Origin: Heteronotia binoei
Taxonomy: Eukaryota
Direction: 5' to 3'
Length of the DNA stretch: 64,000 nucleotides
Assembly (NCBI RefSeq): GCF_032191835.1
Contig: NC_083230.1
Span: 130,696,001 to 130,760,000, forward strand
Part shown: positions 25,094 to 35,409 of the stretch, piece by piece
Layout of the letters: each line of letters begins with the position of its first letter
Position numbering within the stretch: the first letter of the stretch is position 1
The notes under the pieces: generated by a model
What the model was told of the DNA's origin: nothing
Database searches by the model: none
The model's input: only the letters and a program-made list of their open reading frames with translations
Position numbers and translations under genes: made by a program

Positions 25094-26734
25094 TTGGGAC
25101 ACCAACGACTATATCTGGTTTTGCGGAAATTGTTATTGGTGTTAGTGATCTCTGCGGTCCAATGTCCTGGAATTGGAGGAAACACCTGGATCCGCCACGC
25201 TCATTATATGTTTCAGCAACATGGGAAAAGCTCTAGATTAATTTATGAGCATCCCACATCAGTAGCAATGCTGAGTCTGCTACCTGGACTAATAAGTGAG
25301 CCCCCATTAGTAGTAGGGTCCTTACAAGCATTATCTCAACAATCAGAACGCGAAATATTGTTTGTCTCCCCCTCAAATATAAGAAAAACTGGATTAAGGT
25401 GATTTAGATACAGCAAGTTGACCCCAGGTTTATGTTTCTGTTGCATTCATAGTGGGGTATGGAACTCTATAGTGCCAGGCTTCAACCAGGCACGAGAAAG
25501 AATGAGCAAGCTGAGTAACTACAGTCCTTGCACAGACTACTTCTGGTTGTCAAAACCAGGAAATCATACATGAGGGAACAAAACTCTCCTGTGGGGCAAG
25601 ACAACTTTGGGAGATATTTTTCCCGACATACCAGTGTTCCAGGCTGATTATTCAGGTAAGGGTAGTATATGTTCAGGGATGAAGAAGATATTGGATTTAT
25701 ATCCCGCCCTCCACTCCGAAGAGTCTCAGAGCGGCTCACAATCTCCTTTACCTTCCTCCCCCACAACAAACACCCTGTGAGGTGGGTGGGGCTGGAGAGG
25801 GCTCTCACAGCAGCTGCCCTTTCAAGGACAACCTCTGCCAGAGCTATGGCTGACCCAAGGCCATGCTAGCAGGTGCAAGTGGAGGAGTGGGGAATCAAAC
25901 CCGGTTCTCCCAGATAAGAGTCCGCACACTTAACCACTACACCAAACCGGCAAATAAAAGATCCCAACCTGTGGTTTTTCTTTGATAAGTGGGCCACTAA
26001 TTATCATCCTGGGTACAAGAGAGGAGCATGTGTTGGGATAGGATTCTTAACATTCCCGGTGCAAGTTTTGCCCAAGCATTCCCGGATAAAAAGGGAAGAT
26101 CATCTCGGTCCCCGAGTGAAACAGTTAGGAACAAATTGTAAAGATGAAGTAATTGTGGGCCATCAGCTCTCAGATGATGCAGGCAGCCACATAGGGGGTG
26201 GATTAATAACAGGTCTTTTAACATTAGGGGCCTACCCAGGAATAGTGGCACAAGAAAATCATAAAAGCATAATAGGTCTGACCTGTAGACTAGAGAAAAC
26301 AGTGAATGCAACAGGGAAGGTCATCAGAGAATTGCAAACTGAGATAGAAGAATTAAGTCAAATCCAGCTACAACATCGGTTGGCCCTAGACTATTTGTTA
26401 GCACAGCAAGGAGGATTTTGTAAGGTGATAGGAACACAATGTCATGTGCAGTTTCATGATTTAAACAAAAGCATAGAAATGCACCTACAAGAAATGCAAA
26501 CTACTTCAAAGGAAAACTATGAAGGAATACAAAGTCCCTGGAACTGGCTTACCTCCTGGTTACCAGGCTGGGGATGGCTCAAGAGCATATTGCAGATCGG
26601 TAAGTGATAGTAGTAATCAGCATCATCTGTTGTTGTTGTCCACACTGCTTACCTGGGTGCAGCAGTGCTTGCAAGTCAGCAATAAAGAAAAATACCAAGA
26701 AGGGACAAGCTCAACTGATGGTTGCAAAGTTTGA
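25094..26734 (+). pseudogene. env: ERV env (SU broken by stops and a SINE; TM ectodomain open 26059-26607; anchor frameshifted)
   Basis: Signal-peptide-like RKLLLVLVISAVQC, furin site RIKR (26083-26094), ISD LQHRLALDYLLAQQGGFC, C-X6-C, and hydrophobic VIVVISIICCC in a shifted frame after 26600. Confidence 0.9.
25679..25951 (-). mobile_element. Monomeric Squam3-like SINE inserted in env SU
   Basis: Reverse complement of the SINE at 4175 with a single 79-bp region and a (ttc)n tail. Confidence 0.9.
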
Positions 26735-26772
26735 GGATGTTTCAGCTCAGGTAAAAATAAAAGAGTAGGGAT

Positions 26773-27362
26773 TGAGAGGAGTGAAATAATGAAATGAGCT
26801 GAAACAGAAGGAACCAAATGTGATGTCTTAGTGATTGTTAAGGTGCAAGGAGTGGAACCAGGTACAAACATTTAGTAACCATAGCACAGGGGTATCAGCC
26901 ATTCTTAAAAAGCAGAAGCAGAAAAGAAATAACATGGTTGAACAGGCCATGGCAATAGTAAAGATTAATAGCAATAGAGACTAATAAGTAGCAAGTACGC
27001 AGGAGTAATCAAGTAATAAATATTAACTGACACAACCCACCTCGGGGAAAGGTAAATTTAAATGCACATGCAATGTATGTAACGGGAGGGGTACGTGTCA
27101 AGAAAAGGGTGAAGTAGGCGTACCGGGTAGCCTGTACCCTCTAAGTACCTCAGCCTATGGGGAAAGGAGGAGGGACTCATTAGCCGGGAGGAGAGGATAA
27201 AAGGGCATGTATGGAACTGATCGAGGAGCTTGTTGCAGAGCGAATCCCCCTCTTTCTTGATATCAATAGAGTTCTATATTTTAAAGGAGACTCCCGACTG
27301 ACAGCTCTTTTTCTTTGGATCTTCTGGAGGGGCCAGGAGAGGCGGACAAATTGCCTCTAGCA
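26773..27362 (+). mobile_element. ERV 3' LTR (~590 bp)
   Basis: Follows the purine tract aaaataaaagagtagggat. Starts TGAGAGG and ends CCTCTAGCA, with a TATA-like gataaaag at ~27197. No PBS follows it. Confidence 0.75.
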
Positions 27363-28541
27363 ATATCCACTCCTCCACTTGCAGCTGCTGGGATGGCCTT
27401 GGGTCAGCCAGAGCTCTCTTATCTGGGAGAACCGGGTTTGATTCCCTACTCCTCCACTTGCAGCTGCTGGAATGGCCATGGGTCAGCCATAACTCTCTTA
27501 TTTGAGAGAACCGGGTTTGATTCCCCACTCCTCCACTTGCAGCTGCTGGGATGGCCTTGGGTCAGCCAGAGCTCTCTTATTTGAGAGAACCGGGTTTGAT
27601 TCCCCACTCCTCCACTTGCAGCTGCTGGAATGGCCTTGGGTCAGCCAGAGCTCTCTTATCTGGGAGAACTGGGTTTGATTCCCCACTCCTCCACTTGCAT
27701 CTGCTGGAATGGCCTTGGGTCAGCCAGAGCTCTCTTATCTGGGCGAACCAGGCTTGATTCCCCACTCCTCCACTTGCAGCTGCTGGAATGGCCTTGGATC
27801 AGCCAGAGCTCTCTTATTTGAGAGAACCGGGTTTGATTCCCCACTCCTCCACTTGCAGCTGCTGGGATGGCCTTGGGTCAGCCAGAGCTCTCTTATCTGG
27901 GAGAACTGGGTTTGATTCCCCACTCCTCCACTTGCAGCTGTTGGGATGGCCATGGGTCAGCCATAACTCTCTTATCTGGGAGAACAGGGTTTGATTCCCC
28001 ACTCCTCCACCTGCAGCTGCTGGAATGGCCTTGGGTCAGCCAGAGCTCTCTTATCAGGGAGAATCGGGTTTGATTCCCCACTCCTCCACTTGCAGCTGCT
28101 GGAATGGCCTTGGATCAGCCAGAGCTCTCTTATCTGGGAGAACCGGGTTTGATTCCCCACTCCTCCACTTGCACCTGCTGGAATGGCCTTGGGTCAGCCA
28201 GAGCTCTCTTATCTGGGCGAACTGGGTTTGATTCCCCACTCCTCCACCTGCAGCTGCTGGAATGGCCTGGGGTCAGCCAGAGCTCTCTTATCAGGGAGAA
28301 CCAGGTTTGATTCCCCCCTCCTCCAATTGCAGTTGCTGGAATGGCCTTGGGTCAGCCAGAGCTCTCTTATCTGGGAAAACCGGGTTTGATTCCCCACTCC
28401 TCCACTTGCTGCTGCTGGAATGGCCTTCGGTCAGTCATAGCTCTCTTATCTGGGAGAACCAGATTTGATTCCCCACTCCTCTACTTGCAGCTGCTGGAAT
28501 GGCCTTGGGTCAGTCATAGCTCTCTTATCTGGGAGAACCAG
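27363..28541 (+). repeat. 79-bp SINE-derived tandem array, 15 copies (continuation of the SINE at 19671)
   Basis: Unit anchor ctcttat recurs at 79-nt spacing from 27416 to 28522. Confidence 0.92.
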
Positions 28542-29640
28542 GATGCTAACACTTGGCTGACCACCGGGACTGGGTTGGCGTGGTCCTGCAGTGCTTTATT
28601 GAGCATGCATTTGTAGTCTGCACAGATGCGGATGCTCCCATTTGGCTTGACTGGGGTGATGATTGGGGTATCCCATCGTGCATTGGCGACCGTCTCCAGG
28701 AACCCTTGTGCCACTAGGCAGTCTAGCTCCTTCTCTATCTTGGATTTTAAGTTAAAGGGTACTCGCTGGACCTTTAGCTGTACGGGCGGCACGTTGGGGT
28801 TTATTTGTAATGACATCGGCTAAACCATGTATGTTCGTAGTGTCCCATCAAAAACTGCCAGGAACTGGCCACAGATGTCCTGGTAATCCATGCTGGTGTG
28901 TGTGTGTGGGGGGGGGTGATGGATTCCCTCTACTCGGATCCCCAAGGGTGCAAACCAAGCCTGGCCCAACAGGCTACTCAGGTCCCCTTTCGCCACCAGC
29001 AAGGGAAGTTCTCTCGAAAATTTCCCATATTGCCCCTTGACTACCCCAGCCCCTTTGATGCCTATCACCCTTTTCTGGAAGTCTCGTACTAGCACAGGGG
29101 ATGGTGTAGCTTAGGTCCTCCCTTGGGGCAAAGTTTCTTTATGGTCTGGGCGGAGATGATGGTGTGTGTGGCCCTTGAGTCAACCTCCATTCGATAGGGG
29201 GTGCCCTCAATAAACACTGTCCTTTTGAGTTTATCAGGGGATGGCATGGGGATGTTGCATATCTGTCCGCATGACGTGGTGATGGCGTTGATATCCTCCC
29301 CGACAGCAACCTTGTGGTGGCGACCATTTTTTCCGCTCTTCCTACGGGGGCCACTCTCTCAGGTTGGGGTTGTTTTCGAGTGGCAGACCCTGGCGAGGTG
29401 AACCATCATCCTATACTGGTGGCAGAGAGTGTCCTGGAATTGGCAGGAGTAGCGCTCGTCTCAGCGCTCAGCGGCTTGTCTCGCAGCCTGAAATAAACCG
29501 GTGAAAATCGCAGTAGAGTGACAGCCGGTGAAGGGCCACAATGTAGTCAACAGCAGTTTCGTTGGGCCGCTGTGTGCGCTCGGAAAAGTCGAAGCAATGG
29601 GTGAGGACTGACAATTGTGGTGCGAAATGTGGGGTGTCTG
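28542..29640 (-). mobile_element. Ty3/Gypsy (K02A2.6-type) 5' fragment: gag, protease and RT N-terminus
   Basis: HFAPQLSVLTHCFDFSERTQRPNETAVDYIVALHRLSLYCDF (gag), degenerate knuckle ...HLARVCHS, EVDSRATHTIIS (protease), KIEKELDCLVAQG...WDTPIITPVKPNGSIRICADYK (RT). Confidence 0.85.
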
Positions 29641-29950
29641 GTATAATAAATACAGGATATCATTTAAACCATACATTAAAACCATTAAAATCATGCCAAA
29701 AGGAAAAGCCCTGCATGTATGTATGTATGTATGTATAGCTATGTTGCTTACTGCAGAATTTTATCACATGAATATAAAACTTGGCTATTTTCCTGGAGAC
29801 AGTTGGATTATCATCTATTACAAGTTCATCCAAGTTCATCTCATCATAGAAGTTCATCTTTGTAAGGTGTTGGTCTATCTATTAGAGGAGAAATAATCTT
29901 ATCCCGTAATTCTTTATACAAAGCACAACATAAAAAGACATGTCTCAGCC

Positions 29951-30131
29951 ACGGCTTTTTTGTCGCAGGAACTCCTTTGCATATTAGGCCACACCCCTCT
30001 GATCTAGCTAATCCTCCAAGAGCTGACAGGGCTCTTCTTACAGGACCTAGGGTAAGCTCCAGGAGGATTGGCTACATCAAGTGTGCGGGGCCTAATATGC
30101 AAAAGAGTTCCTGCTACAAAAAAGGCCCTAG
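29951..30131. mobile_element. Palindromic MITE (~180 bp); paralogous copies at ~43050-43232 and ~55890-56072
   Basis: ggcttttttgtcgcaggaactcctttgcatattaggcc ... ggcctaatatgcaaaagagttcctgctacaaaaaaggccc folds on itself almost end to end. Confidence 0.75.
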
Positions 30132-30774
30132 CCAGGGACTCCACTTCACTTGTAGTGCAGGGGAAAAGTCTTTCTGCATATGAGATCCTTTTATATCTTC
30201 CTTCTAGAACCACTGATGGCATAGAAACGGACCAAGGCAGATCATATGCTCACCTATGAGAAGGAACATCCAACAGGCTAAGATATCAGGCCATGATCAT
30301 AACATATCTAAGCTTCATGGGAGCCATAAAGTTTGGTGATTGGGAGATACATAGACCAGGTCATTCAACAGATTGTATATAGGCCACGGGTGGCCAAACT
30401 TGCTTAATGTAAGAGCCACAAAGAATAAACATCAGATGTTTGAGAGCCACAAGAAAGGACGACAGAAACTTTGAGAGCCACAAGACATCAACATCGGATG
30501 TTTGAGAGCCGCAGACTGTAAGGGAGGGAGGAAATAGATGGGGAGGGGAAGTGGAAATTAAGCAACCTCAGCTTTCAATGCATTCTCCAAGCTGCTGGCT
30601 GGCTTGACTTGGAGAAGTGATTTAGAGAGCCAAATGCCTTCTTCAATCTGGCCGGTGGGGCGGTGGGGGCTTCGAGAGCCACACAATATGTGTGAAAGAG
30701 CCACACTTTGGCCACCCCTGATACAGGCTGTGCTCTCTACCATGTGCTTCCCCTCCCCGTTCTTTTAGTCTTTC

Positions 30775-31272
30775 TGTCAGCAAAGGGTTCATTGAAGTTC
30801 CAAAATGATCAGACTTGTCTTTGTTTAAAACGAAGTTTCATTTATTGATTACAACAATGCTACTCTCTACATGGATTCTTTGAAACTGATAACGAATAGA
30901 CGAAGGCATTGGCATTTATGAACATACACCAAAGGGTTGGGGCTTTAAATCACTTCTCATAATAAAACCACAGTCTGTCTCTGCATGTAACCAGTTCACA
31001 CGCCTGCTTATCTCTTACATAGGCAAACTGTATCCTCCTCTCGGTGGTGTCCTTGCTTGGCTCCAGCAGGTGCCTGGGAAGCCGGCCAGGCGTTTTGCAC
31101 TTCAAAGACCTGACTGGCCTTTGGCACCTCAATCACCCGTTCCTTCCCCCCCTTCACATTCTGTAATGGCACTAGTGTTAGTAAGGCAAAGATTTACTGG
31201 GTATTCGGGTTAGTTAACAGTAAATAAGCATTTCAAAAAGCAGAGTTTACTTCAATAGAACACATGCTGACA
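30775..31272 (-). mobile_element. Solo LTR (498 bp)
   Basis: Termini tgtcagca...tgctgaca, 5-bp TSD ctttc, minus-strand AATAAA near 30841. The empty site is visible in the paralog at ~56710. Confidence 0.85.
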
Positions 31273-31824
31273 CTTTCAGCTTCCATATTATTGTAGAGTG
31301 GATTATAGTGGGTGCTTAGGCATTGAATAGGCGAGGTGGTAGTGAGAACAAGCTCTTTACTGAGTACAGCAGGGTATGTGGCTGAACTAACAAGACTGAA
31401 TAACCGCCCATGGAGCCATAACTACAGTATATACCAGGGGTGGCCAACAGTAGCTTTCCAGATGTTTTTTTTGCCTACAACTTCCATCAGCCCCAACCAG
31501 CATGGCTGATGGCTGGGGCTGATGGGAGTTGTAGGCAAAAAACATCTTGAGAGCTACTTTTGGCCACTCCTGCTATATACAACTCTGGGTTTCTGTGCTA
31601 GCAGGTTATTGGTCCGTTCAAACTGGCTGGGGCCCTATGATTGGTGCAGGGCAGCAGGTATTAGAATCCATTGTTCCTTGTTCCCCAATCTCTGTTCTTC
31701 CGGCTCCAATGAGCTAAATAGGAATACCCAGATCCTAGATATAATTCTATATACATAACTCATATTCTCTTAATTCTTGACTTTAGCTTGTTTTGTATAG
31801 TGTGTGTACTCATGTTTCAGTATC

Positions 31825-32300
31825 CTGAACAGGAGGTGGTGGCGGCTACAAGCATAGCCAGCTTTAAGAGGAGATTGGATAAAAATATGGAGCAGAGGTC
31901 CATNNNNNNNNNNNNNNNNNNNNNNNNNNNNNNNNNNNNNNNNNNNNNNNNNNNNNNNNNNNNNNNNNNNNNNNNNNNNNNNNNNNNNNNNNNNNNNNNN
32001 NNNNNNNNNNNNNNNNNNNNNNNNNNNNNNNNNNNNNNNNNNNNNNNNNNNNNNNNNNNNNNNNNNNNNNNNNNNNNNNNNNNNNNNNNNNNNNNNNNNN
32101 NNNNNNNNNNNNNNNNNNNNNNNNNNNNNNNNNNNNNNNNNNNNNNNNNNNNNNNNNNNNNNNGTGTGATACAGAGTGTTGGACTGGAGGGGTCATTGGC
32201 CTGATCCAACATGGCTTCTCTTATGTTCTTATGTGACACAGTGTTGGACTGGATGGGCCATTGGCCTGATCCAACATGGCTTCTCTTATGTTCTTATGTT
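31825..32300 (+). repeat. CR1 3' end plus tandem 67-bp CR1-terminus repeats around an assembly gap (N 31904-32163)
   Basis: CR1 C-terminus (EVVAATSIASFKR...) before the gap; gtgacacagagtgttggactgg...ttatgttcttat units after it. Confidence 0.85.
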
Positions 32301-32433
32301 CTTATCCTGTTTCATTTGTTTCGCTTCACCTGTTGAGTCTATGTACACTGCAGCCCCCCCCCAAAAATCCACTAGAGTTCAAACTGTTCTTCAGTTAGTA
32401 GCTCTAAAGAGAATACAAAACATCTCTGGTGCC

Positions 32434-33390
32434 CTAATTCATAGTATCATGATGTTTCAGCTTTCCCTGGCTTTCTAGAACCTTCCGGAAGGCCCCTTTC
32501 ACGTCCTTGTTCCGAAGGCTGTAGATCAAGGGGTTGACCATCGGGGTGATGATGCAGAACATGGTTGAGACCAGAGTGTCAATCTCTAAGGAATAACCAG
32601 CGCTTGGACGGTCATAGTTAAGCAATGCATTTCCAAAATAAATGATGACAACAGTGACATGAGAAGCACAGGTGGAAAAGGCTTTGAGCTTGGTGTTGGT
32701 GGAACGGATCTTCAAGATGGAGGACAGGATGAAGACATAGGAGAGAATGATGAAGAAGAAGGGTCCCCCACCCACAAAAAGGCTTGCAATGTGGATGACA
32801 AGTTCATTGATGTGTGCATCATTGCAAGCAATTTTTATCAGTGGGGGCAGATCACAGTAGATATGATGGATCTGGTTGGCTCCACAAAAGGACAACGTGG
32901 TGCTGAGCGCTGTATGAAGAGTGGAATTTAGGGCTCCCCCGATCCAAGTGGCCAAGGCTAGGATGGTGCACACCTTTGGGCTCATGAGGTGGGAGTAATG
33001 CAAAGGTTTACAGATGGCAACATATCGGTCATAGGCCATGACAGCCAGCAGTGCATCCTCTGTCCCCGTGAAAGAGGCCAGGAAGAACATCTGGGCCATG
33101 CACTGGTTGTAGGAGATGGTCTGCCGCTGGTACAAGAAGTTCACCAGGATCTTGGGGACCGTAACAGAGGAGATACAGATATCTAGAATGGAGAGATGAC
33201 TGAGGAAGTAATACATGGGGGTACGGAGGCTGGGATCCAGTTGAATCAGAGTAAATATCATGAGGTTCCCCAGCACAGTGACCAAATAAATGGCTAGGAA
33301 TGGCAGGAAGAGGTAGATGTGGCTGTTTGGAATGTCGGAGAAACCCAGGAAGACAAACTCCACTGCTGGCGTCTGGTTCCTCAATCCCAT
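32434..33390 (-). CDS. Olfactory receptor, class II (OR3), 318 aa, intact
   Basis: LRTPMYYFLSHLS, MAYDRYVAICKPLHY, KAFSTCASH, PMVNPLIYSLRN. Confidence 0.97.
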   Translation of the reverse strand: MGLRNQTPAVEFVFLGFSDIPNSHIYLFLPFLAIYLVTVLGNLMIFTLIQLDPSLRTPMYYFLSHLSILDICISSVTVPKILVNFLYQRQTISYNQCMAQMFFLASFTGTEDALLAVMAYDRYVAICKPLHYSHLMSPKVCTILALATWIGGALNSTLHTALSTTLSFCGANQIHHIYCDLPPLIKIACNDAHINELVIHIASLFVGGGPFFFIILSYVFILSSILKIRSTNTKLKAFSTCASHVTVVIIYFGNALLNYDRPSAGYSLEIDTLVSTMFCIITPMVNPLIYSLRNKDVKGAFRKVLESQGKLKHHDTMN

Positions 33391-33491
33391 TGATTGTTCA
33401 GGACTTACCTGTAAGAAGAAAAAAAATCAGCTGAGGATGTTTTTACATTCAGTTTTGATCCAGAGTTAACAAATATTCAAATCGCCTGCCA

Positions 33492-34693
33492 ATGTGGGTG
33501 GCATTTGGGGGTGAGCTGTCTCAGAGGCACACACTTGATTGTGGGGTGCCGCAGGGAGCAGTTCTCTCACTTATGCTATTTAATATCTATATGCGCCCCC
33601 TTGCCAGATCACCCGGAGGTATGGGCTTGGGTATCGTCAATATGCAGACGACACCCAGCTCTATCTGCTAATGGATGGCCAACCTGACTGCATCCCAGGG
33701 AATTTGGACCTGGCATTGCAGGCCATGGCAACTTGGCTTAGGCTGAGTGGGCTGAAGCTGAACCCAATGAAGACAGAGGTCCTTTGCATGAGTCGCGGCG
33801 CCCTGAGGAGGGAAATACCTCTCCCGGTTTTTGACGGTGTGCCTCTGAAAGCGGCGCACCGGGTCAAGAGCTTGGGAGTTCTACTGGAGCCTTCACTATG
33901 AATGGAGGCCCAGATAGCAGCCACTGCTAAGTCGACGTTTTTCCATCTGAAGCGGGCAAAGCAGTTGGCTCCCTTCCTGGAGCGCCAGGACCTAGCAACA
34001 GTGATCCATGCAACGGTCACCTCAAGACTGGATTACTGTAATGCCCTCTACATGGAGCTGCCTCTGCGCCGAACCTGGAGGTTGCAGCTGGTGCAGAATG
34101 CGGCGGCTAGGCTGATATTGGGGCTCCCGAAGTGGGAGCACATACAGCCGGGGCTACGCAAACTGCACTGGTTGCCAGTTACTTACCGGGTTCGTTACAA
34201 AGTGCTGATCATTACCTTTAAAGCCCTATATGGCTGAGGACCTGCCTACCTGAGGGACCGTCTCTCCCCATACGAACCCCAGAGAGCACTGAGGTCAGCA
34301 GGGAAGAACCAGCTGACTATCCCTGGACCAAAGGAGGCCAAACTCCAAAACACCTGTACACGGGTCTTCTCCATCGCAGCTCCACACCTATGGAACCAGC
34401 TCCTGGAAGAAGTGCGAGCCCTGCGGTGCCTTGACCAGTTCTGCAGGGCCTGCAAGACCACCCTTTTCAGGATGGCCTTTGCTGGCTGAGAGACCGCTGT
34501 TGGGTGATTTTCGCTATTATCATTATAAATGGAATTAGCACCTGGAAATATGTATAATACTTGGTTAACTGGAATGTTTTAAAGTTAATGTGATTTTAAA
34601 CTCTGTATAATTTTATGAAATGTTGTTAGCCGCCCTGTGCCAGCCTCAGCGGGGAGGGCGGGATATAAATAAAATTTAAAATTATTATTATTA
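33492..34693 (+). mobile_element. L2-clade LINE, 5'-truncated, ~100 bp upstream of the OR3 ATG
   Basis: YADDTQLY RT motif, DLATVIHATVTSRLDYCNALY...LHWLPV...YKVL and an (att)n tail. Absent at the paralogous site (cgcctgcca|ctgttcc) in the OR4 and OR5 units. Confidence 0.9.
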
Positions 34694-35409
34694 CTGTTCT
34701 GCTTTCATTATTTCCTTTTACACTTCTAGATTTGCTCTGCTCATTTTGCATAGCTCAACTTTTGTACTGCAGCTCATGCACAGACTGCTGATGTCAGTTA
34801 CAGAAACTGCAGATCTATGGTTCTGAGATCTCACATTTTATCCTGAAGCCAGATTGCTACATTCTGCAGATCTTTCCAATGTTCACAGTTTCCTTATTAC
34901 TCCATGATGTGGATTATTGTGAGCAAAAATTAAACTTTGTGAGCTACAGTAAGTACAGGGATGTATATGATTGCTTAGAAATTGTGTCACAACTACAGTC
35001 ACCATACAAATGTCATTTGAGGCAAGAAGCAAGATGAGGCAAGCAATGAGATATAAAAATTTCAAGTGCTGCCAATTCTCATGCAAATTGGTGGCACCTT
35101 GTGACTTTTGGAGGGACAGGCAGTGGGGTCCGATAATACAGAGCTAAATGTCTACAACCATTCATTTGATACGCGTCTTGAGAAACGTCCAGATCAAAAC
35201 CAGTTTCAAGAAAAACGAGGCAGCAGCAGAGTTGGCACCCATTTCAAATAAATAAATGTAGATGTTTTGGGAAGCAACGATGCAAGACAGTTGTGAGCAC
35301 GTTCTGTGGAGTAAAAGGAGAGTTTCCTATGCGGAGATAGAGAGCAACAAACAGTCAGTGTAAAAACACCCTGAGAGAAGATGCCTTGGCGTAGCAAGAG
35401 TATTTGGGA

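Larger units (their letters stand above)
19771..27362 (+). mobile_element. Class I (gamma-like) endogenous retrovirus, 5' LTR and 5' gag deleted: gag-pro-pol, extra ORF, env, 3' LTR
   Basis: Gag capsid and CCHC knuckle, DTGA protease, LPQG/YVDD RT, RNase H, HHCC/DDE integrase, env with an ISD, PPT and TG...CA LTR, all in retroviral order. Confidence 0.96.

Noticed and set aside
26773-27362. Dating the ERV by LTR-LTR divergence
   Set aside because: Only one LTR survives.
27363-28541. 79-bp arrays as CRISPR arrays
   Set aside because: Units are head-to-tail with no unique spacers, derive from a SINE, and lie in vertebrate DNA with no cas genes.
31788-32239. ORFs spanning N runs (also 48827-49172 and 57185-57640)
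   Set aside because: Artefacts of translating assembly gaps.
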